A stretch of 64,000 bases of DNA from positions 1 through 64,000 of the forward strand of contig CBDEUM010000034.1 of the NCBI GenBank assembly GCA_965242925.1, given 5' to 3'. Every line of letters starts with the position of its first letter. Within the stretch, counting starts at the first letter, position 1. Both the position numbers and the translations under genes were made by a program. Below the pieces are notes generated by a model, which was given only the letters and a program-made list of their open reading frames with translations, did no database searches and was not told where the DNA came from. Positions 40,496 through 49,634 of the stretch are shown here, in pieces. This DNA comes from Roseibacillus sp. (GTDB taxonomy: Bacteria > Verrucomicrobiota > Verrucomicrobiia > Verrucomicrobiales > Akkermansiaceae).

Positions 40496-41803
40496 ATGAG
40501 AAGGCTCGCTCTGCTGTTTGCTGCGCTGCTCGTCGCGGGGTTCGGTGAGAAGTTGTCGGGTGAAACAGAGCGGGTCTGGACCAGGGCCGACGGTAAGAAG
40601 CTCACAGGCACCCTGGAGGGCCAGGGGGAGGGTTGGGTAAAACTCAGGATAAAGGATAAGGTCTACAAGGTGAAGTTCGAGAAACTCAGCCAAGCCGACC
40701 AAGACTACCTCAGGACCCAGACCGGCAGTAAGCAGTCCGCCAGAAGGAAACCTGATCCCGGTGAGAAATATATCTGGGAGATCGGGACGATAGACAATGG
40801 AGGAGTTGTAGACACCTCCCCCTCCCTGGCCTTCAGGCGCTCCGGCCAACCAGCGATCTCGTATTATGACGGATCCAGCCGGGCCCTGAGATACGCCTCG
40901 TTTGACGGGTTTAATTGGATCACTGAAACGATCGCCCGCGAAGGGGATGTTGGGGACTCCACCTCGCTGGCCTTCACCCCTTCCGGTCAACCAGCGATCT
41001 CGTATTATGACTTAACGAATAAGGACCTGAAATACGCGTTGTTTGACGGGCGGAAGTGGACGAGCCAGACAATCGACAGCGAAGGGGATGTCGGCAAGTA
41101 CATCTCGCTGGCCTTCAGTCGCTCCGGTCAACCAGCGATCTCGTATTACGACTTAACCAACGGGGATCTGAAATACGCGTCGTTTGACGGGCGGAAGTGG
41201 ACGATCCAGACAGTCGACAGTGAGGGTCGGGTCGGCTGGTTCAACTCCCTGAGCTTTAGTCCCTCAGGCCACCCCGCTATTTCGTATCATAAATACCCAA
41301 ATGACCTGAAATATGCCTCCTTTAACGGGCGGAAGTGGGCCACTGAAGCAATCGACAGCGAAGGCGGAAGCCCCGCTGCAAACACCTCCCTCAAGCATGG
41401 CCCTGACGGGCATCAAGCGATCTCCTATTCTGACGACACCAACAAGGACCTGAAATACGCGTCTTATGACGGGCGGAAGTGGACGACCCAGACAATCGAC
41501 AGTAAAGGGCGGGTTGGCAGTTTCACCTCGCTGGCCTTCAGAGGCTCCGGCCAGCCAGCTATCTCTTATTGCGACTTCAGGGACCTGAAATACGCGTCTT
41601 ATGACGGGCGGAGCTGGACCACGCAAACAATCGAGAGGGCAGGGCAGATTGGCGGGTATACCTCGCTGGCCTTCAGCCCCCCTGGTCAAGCTGGCATCGC
41701 ATATGTTGACAAGTTTAGCGGAGACCTGAAATACGCCTACGAGGTGATCGTAAAGAAAGAGGGGGCGGTTTTGAAGAGCGCATCCGAGAATGCGGAGAAG
41801 TAA
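40496..41803 (+). CDS. Exported protein: SHD1-like domain plus seven ~46-aa repeats (probable beta-propeller)
   Basis: RVWTRADGK...KLSQADQDYL; 7x TIDSEG.VG..SLAF..SGQPAISYYD....LKYA.FDG..W, also visible as DNA repeats at ~40775-41743. Confidence 0.85.
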   Translation: MRRLALLFAALLVAGFGEKLSGETERVWTRADGKKLTGTLEGQGEGWVKLRIKDKVYKVKFEKLSQADQDYLRTQTGSKQSARRKPDPGEKYIWEIGTIDNGGVVDTSPSLAFRRSGQPAISYYDGSSRALRYASFDGFNWITETIAREGDVGDSTSLAFTPSGQPAISYYDLTNKDLKYALFDGRKWTSQTIDSEGDVGKYISLAFSRSGQPAISYYDLTNGDLKYASFDGRKWTIQTVDSEGRVGWFNSLSFSPSGHPAISYHKYPNDLKYASFNGRKWATEAIDSEGGSPAANTSLKHGPDGHQAISYSDDTNKDLKYASYDGRKWTTQTIDSKGRVGSFTSLAFRGSGQPAISYCDFRDLKYASYDGRSWTTQTIERAGQIGGYTSLAFSPPGQAGIAYVDKFSGDLKYAYEVIVKKEGAVLKSASENAEK

Positions 41804-41811
41804 TCCCCACG

Positions 41812-41927
41812 ATCCGTATGATGGCAGGGTGGGGGATGGGGCAATACTCCACGCTTAACCGGAAGAAGGCGGCATTGTCTGTCCGGGCGAACTCCAGGGA
41901 GATGCTGCCGTCGATCACGGGCACCGA
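41812..41927 (+). repeat. Degenerate element A plus orphan C-terminal tail (class-2 flank)
   Basis: atccgtatgatggcagggtgggggatgggg, then minus-strand SVPVIDGSISLEFARTDNAAFFRLSVE with TAT where other copies have TAG. Confidence 0.8.
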
Positions 41928-41958
41928 TTGGGCTTCACGACGAAGGGAGCAGAGGCCC

Positions 41959-42008
41959 AAAACAAAAACGATCTGCAAGCCCTCATCAAAGGGCGCTGCA
42001 GATCGTTT
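41959..42008 (-). terminator. Rho-independent terminator of the small lipoprotein gene
   Basis: aaacgatctgca...tgcagatcgttt stem with inner gccct/agggc; T-tract (gtttttgtttt) follows on the minus strand. Confidence 0.7.
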
Positions 42009-42067
42009 CGTGATCTTTTGAAAGCTTTACCAGTGTCCAATGACAATGGAATGAGCCCTTTTAGCGA

Positions 42068-42199
42068 TTACTTGTGACTGTGCCCAGCGCCGCCGGTGCA
42101 GCACTTGCCATCAGATCCACAACAATTGGATGTAGCACATGAGTTTAAGGAAAAAGTAACCATTGCAACTGCACCGATCAGAATGAGAATTTTTTTCAT
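42068..42199 (-). CDS. 43-aa Cys/His-rich lipoprotein
   Basis: Manual translation MKKILILIGAVAMVTFSLNSCATSNCCGSDGKCCTGGAGHSHK*; lipobox LNSC; terminator downstream; below ORF-track cutoff. Confidence 0.8.
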   Translation of the reverse strand: MKKILILIGAVAMVTFSLNSCATSNCCGSDGKCCTGGAGHSHK

Positions 42200-42602
42200 A
42201 TCGAAGAAAACCCAACATATTTTCAGAAGAGGTCCAGCAATTTTTCACTGAGGGATCTCCAGCATGAGTTATCCACACGCAGAAACTGGGTAATGCGCAA
42301 CTCTAAGCAATTACTGCCAGAACCATGGTGAAGGGAGAGGCAGGTCCCGGAACCCCATATTCCAACTGGCCTCAAAAGTCTGTCCCAATCAATTCCTCCT
42401 TTGAAGCCGGCTCACCCTGCTGATGGTGGGAGCGGGCAAGCCCGTCCCTTGTGGGCACGGCCGCACTGCCATCAGGATGCAAAGCGGGCGCGGAGGAGGC
42501 AGAGGAGACGACGGAGTCAGCAACTCGATCACCGACGATCGGTTGCAGGAATCGAAAGTGCTTCCTCCGCTCTGGCCGAACCGGCGGAGCACAACCACGC
42601 AC

Positions 42603-42640
42603 GCCCCCGTGTCAGGGTGGAGGAAACCGGTTGCGCAGGG
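42603..42640 (+). repeat. Element A copy
   Basis: gcccccgtgtcagggtggaggaaaccggttgcgcaggg. Confidence 0.75.
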
Positions 42641-42716
42641 CGCGACAGCGACGGATTCATCAAGAATCCGAAATGAGCCGGCAGGCCGGGGTGAGGGGCT
42701 CTGTCTCAACCATGCC

Positions 42717-45700
42717 TCACCGGCCACCCTTCTCATCACTGCCAACCACCGGACTCGGCCGGAATGCCATGCTGGCTTGGATCGGATAGCTGCAGATACA
42801 CCCGGAACTGCCCTCCGGAATGAGGAGGAGGCCGCTGGCCGGGATCATGTTGATCCAACACCCCGGCCGCGAAACATTCGCGATTTTTTGCTGTTTCCGA
42901 TTTTGCAGGTCGAAGGTGGTGGGGTGCGAGGCGCGATAGTAGAGCCGGCTCGCCGAGGCTGAAAGTGCGCCGCATCCACCTCCACCGCTGCGCCGGAAGG
43001 TGAAGAGTGGCTTGCCGGTCGCGAGTTCGTAGACCTGCGGCTCCACGATGAGCATTTCACCTGTAATGACGGGATGCAGATCCTGTTCGCCGTGGGTGAG
43101 GTCCTTGCCGCGGCCGGTGTCAAAAGTGTGCTGCCACCGGCGTTTGCCGTTGGCTGGGTCGTAGACCTGGGTGTCGTAGTGCAGGGTGACGCGCCCATCC
43201 TTCGCCCTGCTGGGCCCGTTGCGCGAGTCCACAACCACGAGTTGCCCTGCCGCACAGGAAAGGAAGAGCGTTTGGATTCCGGATTGCAGTTCGAGTGGTT
43301 TGCGCCAGAGGGGCTTGCCGGAATCCAGATCGAGGGCGACGATGGTGGCGCCCTTGGACTCGATCAAATCGGAGTAGTGCCATCGTCCTGCCACCCGTTT
43401 TGCCTTGCCGCTCGCGACCGTGTCGCTTCGGTCTCCGTCGTGTGATCCGGGCACAACCAGCGTTTGTGGTTCGTTGCTCTCGAGAAAGAAAATGCGTCCG
43501 GAGTGAATACAGAGCGAGGGATTGAAGATGGCCCCGCTTGGGCGGTAGGTCCACTGCCGGGTGCCTGACTTTCGAGCAAGGGCGAAGAGGCTCTCGCTGC
43601 ACACGATCCGCTGTCGGTCACCGTAGGCTCCGCTGAAGATGCTGACCGGGGCGAGCTCGCGGCGTATTGCCCCTGTGGGGGAAGCGGATCCGATCAGCAG
43701 ATCGTCGTTCACTCCACCAATCGCGAGATAGCCCCACTCCTGCGACTCCGGATCGACTGAAAACTTCCGGTGGTGTTTTCCGGTATTGACGTCAATCTCA
43801 AGACAATCCGGGCCGGCGGCGGCATAGAGCGAGTTGTCCTTTGCCAGCGCCAGGTTTCCGCCATCGCGCAGCACGGCAACCCGTGTAAAATTCTCGATCT
43901 GCTGTTCCCAGAGAATGGTTCCGTTGAAGGCGTCGATACCAAACAAGTATTCGCGACCGGGAACGAAGAGGAAGCCGTTTGCTGCAAGTGGTGGTGGGGC
44001 GCGGAGATGACGGTCGACCATGTGGTGGGGACCCGGAGCGCCGAACCACTGCGGGCGAAGCGGACCATCGGGGAGGCGATCACCTCCGCTCGAGGCACTG
44101 TTTCCCGGATCGCCGTAAATGTGTGTCCAGCCCCCGGCTGCGGGCACCTCCTTGGCGCGGTGGATCCTGTGGTTGAGGGCTGCTACCCCGTCGTAGGGCC
44201 GAAGGAGGCGTTGTAATTCCGCCACGGGAAGGCGCAGGGAGCGGTGCTCACTGGTCACCAGATTGAAAATGCCGTCGACGTAGGGGAGCTTATGGTAATC
44301 GCTCACGTGCTGAATCGAAGGTTGGGTGAGGTTGTCCCAGTTCTTCATCCCAATCTTCTTCCGTAGCGCTTTTACTCGCGATTCATCGCGGTCAACAGCC
44401 ACCACCTTCATCGAAGTGGAGAGGGCCAACTCTTCGATCAGTGCTCCATCCTTGATCCCGACCACGAGAATATAACCGCGATTTCGTGGCAGGATCTTCA
44501 CCAGGTACTGGCCGACCGTGGTCGATTTCGTGGTGGGAGGCGCCGGGGCTGGGCTGACCTCCGCTCCCGAATGGCCCTCACTGGAAAAGGAATAGATGCG
44601 ACCGCTCTCGGTGCTCACGAAGAGACGGCCTGCTGCCGCCGCCAGGCTCCGGGCGGGACCATCGACTTCGGCTTCCCAGATTTTTTTTCCCGCCTCGTCA
44701 AAACCAGCGACCGATCGACTGCCCCCGGCGTAGGTCACGCCGCCGGCCATCACCGAGGAGTGAGGATAGCCCTTGATCGGAACGGTCGGGGCGAGGGCAT
44801 CCGACTTTTGCTGGCGGTGCTTGGAGATCGTTGCGAAGGCTCCGCCTCCTGGTGCGCGACCGGTCGAGGCAACCACGTTACCGTCACGCTCGGTCAGGTA
44901 TCCCTGCGGACTGATGCTCACTGGTTTCTCGGAGAGAATTCTTCCAGTGCGAATGTCGACCGCGCACTGCCAGCAGCCTTCCGCGGGAAACAGCCCTGCG
45001 CCGAAGTATGCGGCGTCATCCTTCACCAGGACGCCGGTGCGCACGGGCCAAAGGCTGATCAATCGCCCATTTCCCGGCAGGCGTTCGTCGCGTGCAGAGG
45101 GCGGACGGGCCTTCCATCGGAGTGCTCCGCTCCTGGCATCGAGACAATAGACTGCCCCGTCGTCGCATCCGAACAGGACGGTGTTTTTTATCACGGTGGG
45201 AGCAAGTCGAATGGGTCCTCCCGCGATGAAATTCCACTGCTCCTCGCCAGTGGTTGCATCGAGACAGCGCAGCGAATCATCTGCCGACGATCCATAGAAG
45301 AGGCGATCATCTGATACTGCCACGCTGTGAATCCAATCGAAGGTCACGCGCGGCACTTCGGGAGTGAGGCGATTGCGCCAGTAGTCGCTGAGAGCGGTTT
45401 CCGGCCAGGCCGGCACTGGCTGGCGTGATGGGACGTGCACCCACGAAGCCTGCTGAGAAAGCACGGGAAGCGCCTCGCCAGCTCGCCCGCTGCGTGCGTT
45501 ATCGCCCATCCAGGTGGGCCAGTCCGAGGGCCCGCCCATCCGCTCCACGACTGCTTCTTCGATTCCAGGAAACTCATCCTTGCGTTTCGCAAACCGCTTC
45601 GCCAGTTCCTCCGCCGGGAGCGCGCGATGCCAGAGAGTGATCCTCTCGAGCTTTCCCGAGAAAGGATAGTAATCGTTGTCGTCGCGATAGGAGCCGATCG

Positions 45701-46322
45701 TGAAGAACGGCGACTCGGGGTGGAGAATGGGTCCGCTTTGTCCGGTGTGCTGCGCGCTCAGTTGTCCGTCGACATAGAGGCGCATCTCGTTGCCGTCGTA
45801 GCTCGCCGCCACGTGGTACCAGGCCCCCGTGACAAAACTGCCGGCCGCTCGCAGGTAAGTGATGCGCGCCGGTTTCTCCGCGACCAGGCCGAAATAGAAC
45901 TGGTTGTTCCCATAACCGAGAATCCAACCGCGCTCATGGGTGCCGGTGTCGTGGACCGCACCCAGAATGCCACCCCATTCGATCGAACGGTCGATCTGGA
46001 CCCACGCCTCCACCGTCATCGCCTTGGCCGGTAGTCGTGCTTCGTTGATTTCCCGCGAGAGCAGGATGCCACCGACTTTAAGATTCCTGGCAGAGGGAAG
46101 AAGCCGCATGAACTGGAGCTCGCCGTCCCGCTCGAGTCGGTACTCTCCGATCATCTCACCCCGGAGGCCCCCGACCGCTGCGCGCAGTTTTCCTCCCTGG
46201 ACGCTGCCGGGCACGAACCGCCACTCATGGATCGGACCCTGCTCCCCAAGCGCTCCCAGAGCAGCTACGAGGAACAGTGCAGGAACACGCAGGCATCTTG
46301 CGAAGAGGAGTGCTGGATTCAT
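42717..46322 (-). CDS. LamG + PQQ-like (BamB-type) beta-propeller protein with central methyltransferase-like segment
   Basis: TVEAWV/WYHVAASYDG; DWPTW.GDNARSG; CLDA.TG...W repeats; LPYVDGIFNLV; WTH.YGD.GN; RPGCWIN...GCICSYP. Confidence 0.88.
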   Translation of the reverse strand: MNPALLFARCLRVPALFLVAALGALGEQGPIHEWRFVPGSVQGGKLRAAVGGLRGEMIGEYRLERDGELQFMRLLPSARNLKVGGILLSREINEARLPAKAMTVEAWVQIDRSIEWGGILGAVHDTGTHERGWILGYGNNQFYFGLVAEKPARITYLRAAGSFVTGAWYHVAASYDGNEMRLYVDGQLSAQHTGQSGPILHPESPFFTIGSYRDDNDYYPFSGKLERITLWHRALPAEELAKRFAKRKDEFPGIEEAVVERMGGPSDWPTWMGDNARSGRAGEALPVLSQQASWVHVPSRQPVPAWPETALSDYWRNRLTPEVPRVTFDWIHSVAVSDDRLFYGSSADDSLRCLDATTGEEQWNFIAGGPIRLAPTVIKNTVLFGCDDGAVYCLDARSGALRWKARPPSARDERLPGNGRLISLWPVRTGVLVKDDAAYFGAGLFPAEGCWQCAVDIRTGRILSEKPVSISPQGYLTERDGNVVASTGRAPGGGAFATISKHRQQKSDALAPTVPIKGYPHSSVMAGGVTYAGGSRSVAGFDEAGKKIWEAEVDGPARSLAAAAGRLFVSTESGRIYSFSSEGHSGAEVSPAPAPPTTKSTTVGQYLVKILPRNRGYILVVGIKDGALIEELALSTSMKVVAVDRDESRVKALRKKIGMKNWDNLTQPSIQHVSDYHKLPYVDGIFNLVTSEHRSLRLPVAELQRLLRPYDGVAALNHRIHRAKEVPAAGGWTHIYGDPGNSASSGGDRLPDGPLRPQWFGAPGPHHMVDRHLRAPPPLAANGFLFVPGREYLFGIDAFNGTILWEQQIENFTRVAVLRDGGNLALAKDNSLYAAAGPDCLEIDVNTGKHHRKFSVDPESQEWGYLAIGGVNDDLLIGSASPTGAIRRELAPVSIFSGAYGDRQRIVCSESLFALARKSGTRQWTYRPSGAIFNPSLCIHSGRIFFLESNEPQTLVVPGSHDGDRSDTVASGKAKRVAGRWHYSDLIESKGATIVALDLDSGKPLWRKPLELQSGIQTLFLSCAAGQLVVVDSRNGPSRAKDGRVTLHYDTQVYDPANGKRRWQHTFDTGRGKDLTHGEQDLHPVITGEMLIVEPQVYELATGKPLFTFRRSGGGGCGALSASASRLYYRASHPTTFDLQNRKQQKIANVSRPGCWINMIPASGLLLIPEGSSGCICSYPIQASMAFRPSPVVGSDEKGGR

Positions 46323-46323
46323 A

Positions 46324-46773
46324 TTAACAGGCGAGGAAGGTGCTCCGTCGTTCCTTACATATTCTTAACAGGTTCCTTCGCAAATCGCACGAAAATGAAG
46401 CGTTTCTTCCCTCCTTTTGACGGATCAACCGGTCCCTCTTCCGGTAAAACTCCGTGACGGCACGCAGCCGCGGCCATGGACGCTTCAGCATCGTAACACT
46501 GCTCAGGCCTGCCAGGTTTCGCACAAGCTTCTGTGTGCGATCAAACTGCGTTTGCACGATTGCCCTGGCAGCGCGGCCCAGGGCAGGGGGCATGGATGCC
46601 AGAGATGCCGGAGCGCGTAGCTTCTGATGATGTGGAAACCGCACGAACATGGGCCCCTCTACTGGACCGTAAACAACACGACCGTGTGTAATTGCGGTGT
46701 CGTCAAAACGCGCCGCTGCAGAAAGAACCGGATCCCTTGCAATCTCCTCTCCACTCAAAGACTTCTTTCTCAC
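46324..46773 (-). pseudogene. Possible detached C-terminal part of the upstream SGNH hydrolase gene
   Basis: In frame with 46789..48087, separated only by TAA and five sense codons (RK*LQTNWVRKK). Confidence 0.5.
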
Positions 46774-46788
46774 CCAGTTGGTCTGCAG

Positions 46789-48087
46789 TTACTTTCTGAC
46801 AGGATCAAGATCAATGCGGGAAGAGGCCCTTTCCGCCGGGGACATTGATCCCGGAGAATTCAGCGTTGCCTTGTGAGTCGGCTTTGCCAATCGGGCTTTC
46901 ATTAACTGTGACTCTCCACTGATCAGGCGGACACTTGAAATCACGGCGTCTTCCTCTGCTCCATCCGGGCACCAGATCCGAATTCTGTAATTACCCTTCC
47001 GTTCCTTTTTTGTGATTCCAAATTCCCTTACCGGGATCGTATCCCAGAAAAAAGACTGTTTTCCGTTCCCTCGGGAAGGGTGACTCCTGGTCAAATGGCG
47101 TCCATTGACTTCGATGGTCATAGAGCGAATTGGGCCGTGCTTTGTGATCCATTGGAAAGCGAGATGGTGCCCAGGTTCTGGCTCCACAGTCATTGTCAGC
47201 TCCAACGGCTTTTCCCGATTAGTGTAGTAGATGTAGAAATCGTTGTAGCGAGCGACTTCCCGATCGTAACGGGTGAAGTGAATCCATGCGTGTGGGTCTG
47301 GTGTGCCGTCACCCAGTCCAAGGCGGGCGAAAATCGGATGCAGCGCCTTTGCCCAGACTGCATATCCAGTCGTATTGGGATGGACGCGATCAGGCAGAAG
47401 ATTCGGCATCGAGGCTCCATCAGTCCCCGCAAAAAGCTCGTAAGTTTTAGCAATCGTCACTTGAGGATCGTCCTCCCAGGCCTTGGTGTAGTGCGAGTTG
47501 ATCTTTTGGATCTCGCTTACCGGGCGATAGTTGTCTGGAGCACAGGGAAAGGTCTCGCATACGATAATGGGCATCGTTGAACTGTGATCTTTCAACCGCT
47601 TCACAATGAGTTTCACATTGCCGAATACCGTTTCGCCCTTCGCTTTTTCAGCGAGATCATTCGCGCCAATCATGATCACCACCGCCTTCGGGTTGAGCGC
47701 AAGAACATCGCCAGGCAATCGCAGGAGGAGTCCGCGACTGGTGTCTCCATTGATACCGCGATTGGTTACCTTCAGGTCGCCAAAGAATCCACGGAAGTCG
47801 TCGCGCCAACCCTGTGTGATTGAGTCTCCCAGGAACACAATTGAGTTCTTTTCCTCATCCGTTTTGTTCAGCCAGGAGCTGCGCCGATTGCGCCAAACCC
47901 CGCGGAACCACTCCGTTCGCCTTAGTGGTCCTGCACCGGGCAGGCCTTCATCTGTATCTGGAATATTAAGCGGATCTCGTTCAGGAGCTGCGCTGGGATG
48001 GAACAGAAAAAGGAGAGAGAACAGGGTAAAGGTGGTGGCCGGAAACGTGGCTGTCATTATGAGAAATAGTGATGACCCGGACCTCAC
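46789..48087 (-). CDS. GDSL/SGNH hydrolase with extra C-terminal domain
   Basis: FLGDSIT, NRGINGD, GAND, DRVHP blocks. Confidence 0.88.
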   Translation of the reverse strand: MRSGSSLFLIMTATFPATTFTLFSLLFLFHPSAAPERDPLNIPDTDEGLPGAGPLRRTEWFRGVWRNRRSSWLNKTDEEKNSIVFLGDSITQGWRDDFRGFFGDLKVTNRGINGDTSRGLLLRLPGDVLALNPKAVVIMIGANDLAEKAKGETVFGNVKLIVKRLKDHSSTMPIIVCETFPCAPDNYRPVSEIQKINSHYTKAWEDDPQVTIAKTYELFAGTDGASMPNLLPDRVHPNTTGYAVWAKALHPIFARLGLGDGTPDPHAWIHFTRYDREVARYNDFYIYYTNREKPLELTMTVEPEPGHHLAFQWITKHGPIRSMTIEVNGRHLTRSHPSRGNGKQSFFWDTIPVREFGITKKERKGNYRIRIWCPDGAEEDAVISSVRLISGESQLMKARLAKPTHKATLNSPGSMSPAERASSRIDLDPVRK

Positions 48088-48172
48088 CTAGTCAAGCCTC
48101 TCGCCCGTGACCCTGCCAGCGTTTCAAAAGGCTTCATCCAGGAAATCGAGACGAGCAGGGAGAATCCCTGAG

Positions 48173-48215
48173 GCCCCCTTGTCAGGGCGCAGGAAACTGG
48201 GGGCGGGGTGGGTTT
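48173..48215 (+). repeat. Element A copy
   Basis: gcccccttgtcagggcgcaggaaactgggggcggggtgggttt. Confidence 0.8.
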
Positions 48216-48319
48216 CCCTCAATCCAGGGGGGCTGAAGACCTTGGCTTTCAAAGTGCCGCGGAAAACTCTTAACTGTTCCACGCTGCCGCGTCGGATATT
48301 CCGGCGGGCAACAAAGGTC

Positions 48320-49570
48320 ATGCGACTTGTCACAATATCTATCCTGATTTCCCTTTTTTCTGCTGCTCTTTGCTCTGCGGACTGGCCGCAGTTCCGCGGG
48401 CCCGATGGCCAGGGGCATTCTGATGCAAAGGGCATTCCCATTGTGTGGAGCGAGGAGAAAAACATCACGTGGAAATCCGCGGTCCCGGGGCAGGGGTATT
48501 CCTCGCCGGTCATTGCCGGAAATCAGATCTGGCTGACCAGTTCGCAGGAGGGTGGCAAATCGTTGCACGCGGTTTGCCTGGACAAGGTTACCGGTAAGTT
48601 GATGCACGATGTGGAGGTCCTGAGGGCGAAGGACGCCGGCTCAAAGCATCGGCTGAATGGTTACGCCTCTCCCACGCCCGTGTTGGATGGCGAACGTGTG
48701 TTTGTGCATTTTGGTCCGCGGGGAACGGTGTGTCTGGACACCGCCGGAAGAATCGTATGGAAGAACACCGAGTTCATATTCAATGTGATCCAGGGCGCGG
48801 CCAGTTCGCCTGTTCTTCATGAGGATCTCTTGATTCTCACCTGTGACGGTATCGACAATCAGTTTATTGTCGCCCTCGACAAGCAGACGGGCAGAACCAA
48901 ATGGAAGCAACCCCGCGCTCATCTTGAGGCAGCCGCCAAGAAACGGCTCATTGCGAAAATGTCCTATTCCACCCCGTTGATTCAAGCTGTCAATGGTGTC
49001 CCGCAACTGGTGTGCTCCGGGGCTGATCATGTGGCGGCATATGACCTTTCCACCGGCAAGGAAATCTGGTGGATGCCCTACAATGGCTTCTCCATCGTTG
49101 GACGCCCTTCCTATGGGAACGATCTGTTCTACGTTGTCGGTTCCATTCGACAGGATCACTTTTGCATCTTCGCTCTCCGCCCTGGAAAAGGCAGGCTTCG
49201 TGAGGACCAGCGCGTCTGGCAATTCTCCACCGGAATCGGCCACGTGCCTTCACCGATCCTGGTGGGCAGGGAAATTTTCGCCGTGCACGATACCGGCGTG
49301 GCTACGTGTATCGATGCCCTCACCGGCAGGGAGGTCTGGCGCGAACGCCTCGGCGGCAACCACGACGCCTCGCCGATTGAGATTCGTGGTCGCATCTATT
49401 TCTGCAACCGCGAAGGAAAAACCACCGTGCTGGCCGCTGGCAGGAAATTCAAGGTGCTGTCGACAAATCAGTTGAAGGGTATTTTTAAGGCTTCGCCAGC
49501 GGTGGAAGAGGGAGCGTTGTTCCTGCGAAGCGATACCCACCTCTACCGGATCGAGAAGCCCTTAAAATAA
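48320..49570 (+). CDS. PQQ-binding-like beta-propeller protein
   Basis: Signal peptide, DWPQFRGP, GYSSPV, ASPTPV, ALDK.TG...W repeats; start reassigned from 48107. Confidence 0.9.
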   Translation: MRLVTISILISLFSAALCSADWPQFRGPDGQGHSDAKGIPIVWSEEKNITWKSAVPGQGYSSPVIAGNQIWLTSSQEGGKSLHAVCLDKVTGKLMHDVEVLRAKDAGSKHRLNGYASPTPVLDGERVFVHFGPRGTVCLDTAGRIVWKNTEFIFNVIQGAASSPVLHEDLLILTCDGIDNQFIVALDKQTGRTKWKQPRAHLEAAAKKRLIAKMSYSTPLIQAVNGVPQLVCSGADHVAAYDLSTGKEIWWMPYNGFSIVGRPSYGNDLFYVVGSIRQDHFCIFALRPGKGRLREDQRVWQFSTGIGHVPSPILVGREIFAVHDTGVATCIDALTGREVWRERLGGNHDASPIEIRGRIYFCNREGKTTVLAAGRKFKVLSTNQLKGIFKASPAVEEGALFLRSDTHLYRIEKPLK

Positions 49571-49571
49571 C

Positions 49572-49606
49572 ATCCCATATCAGAGCGCCCCTAACAGGGA
49601 GGGGTG
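49572..49606 (+). repeat. Degenerate element A copy
   Basis: atcccatatcagagcgcccctaacagggaggggtg, 1 bp after the stop of the PQQ gene. Confidence 0.55.
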
Positions 49607-49634
49607 CTCCACCCTGTTCCGGCAGAGGGTTGCA

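Noticed and set aside
40775..41743. DNA repeats as a diversity-generating retroelement TR/VR pair
   Set aside because: They are in-frame tandem protein repeats, I saw no adenine-specific variation, and there is no reverse transcriptase in the window.
42269..42277. Perfect DnaA box TTATCCACA in an AT-rich gap (oriC?)
   Set aside because: Only one perfect box, no replication genes nearby, and the AT-rich stretch is largely explained by the small lipoprotein gene.
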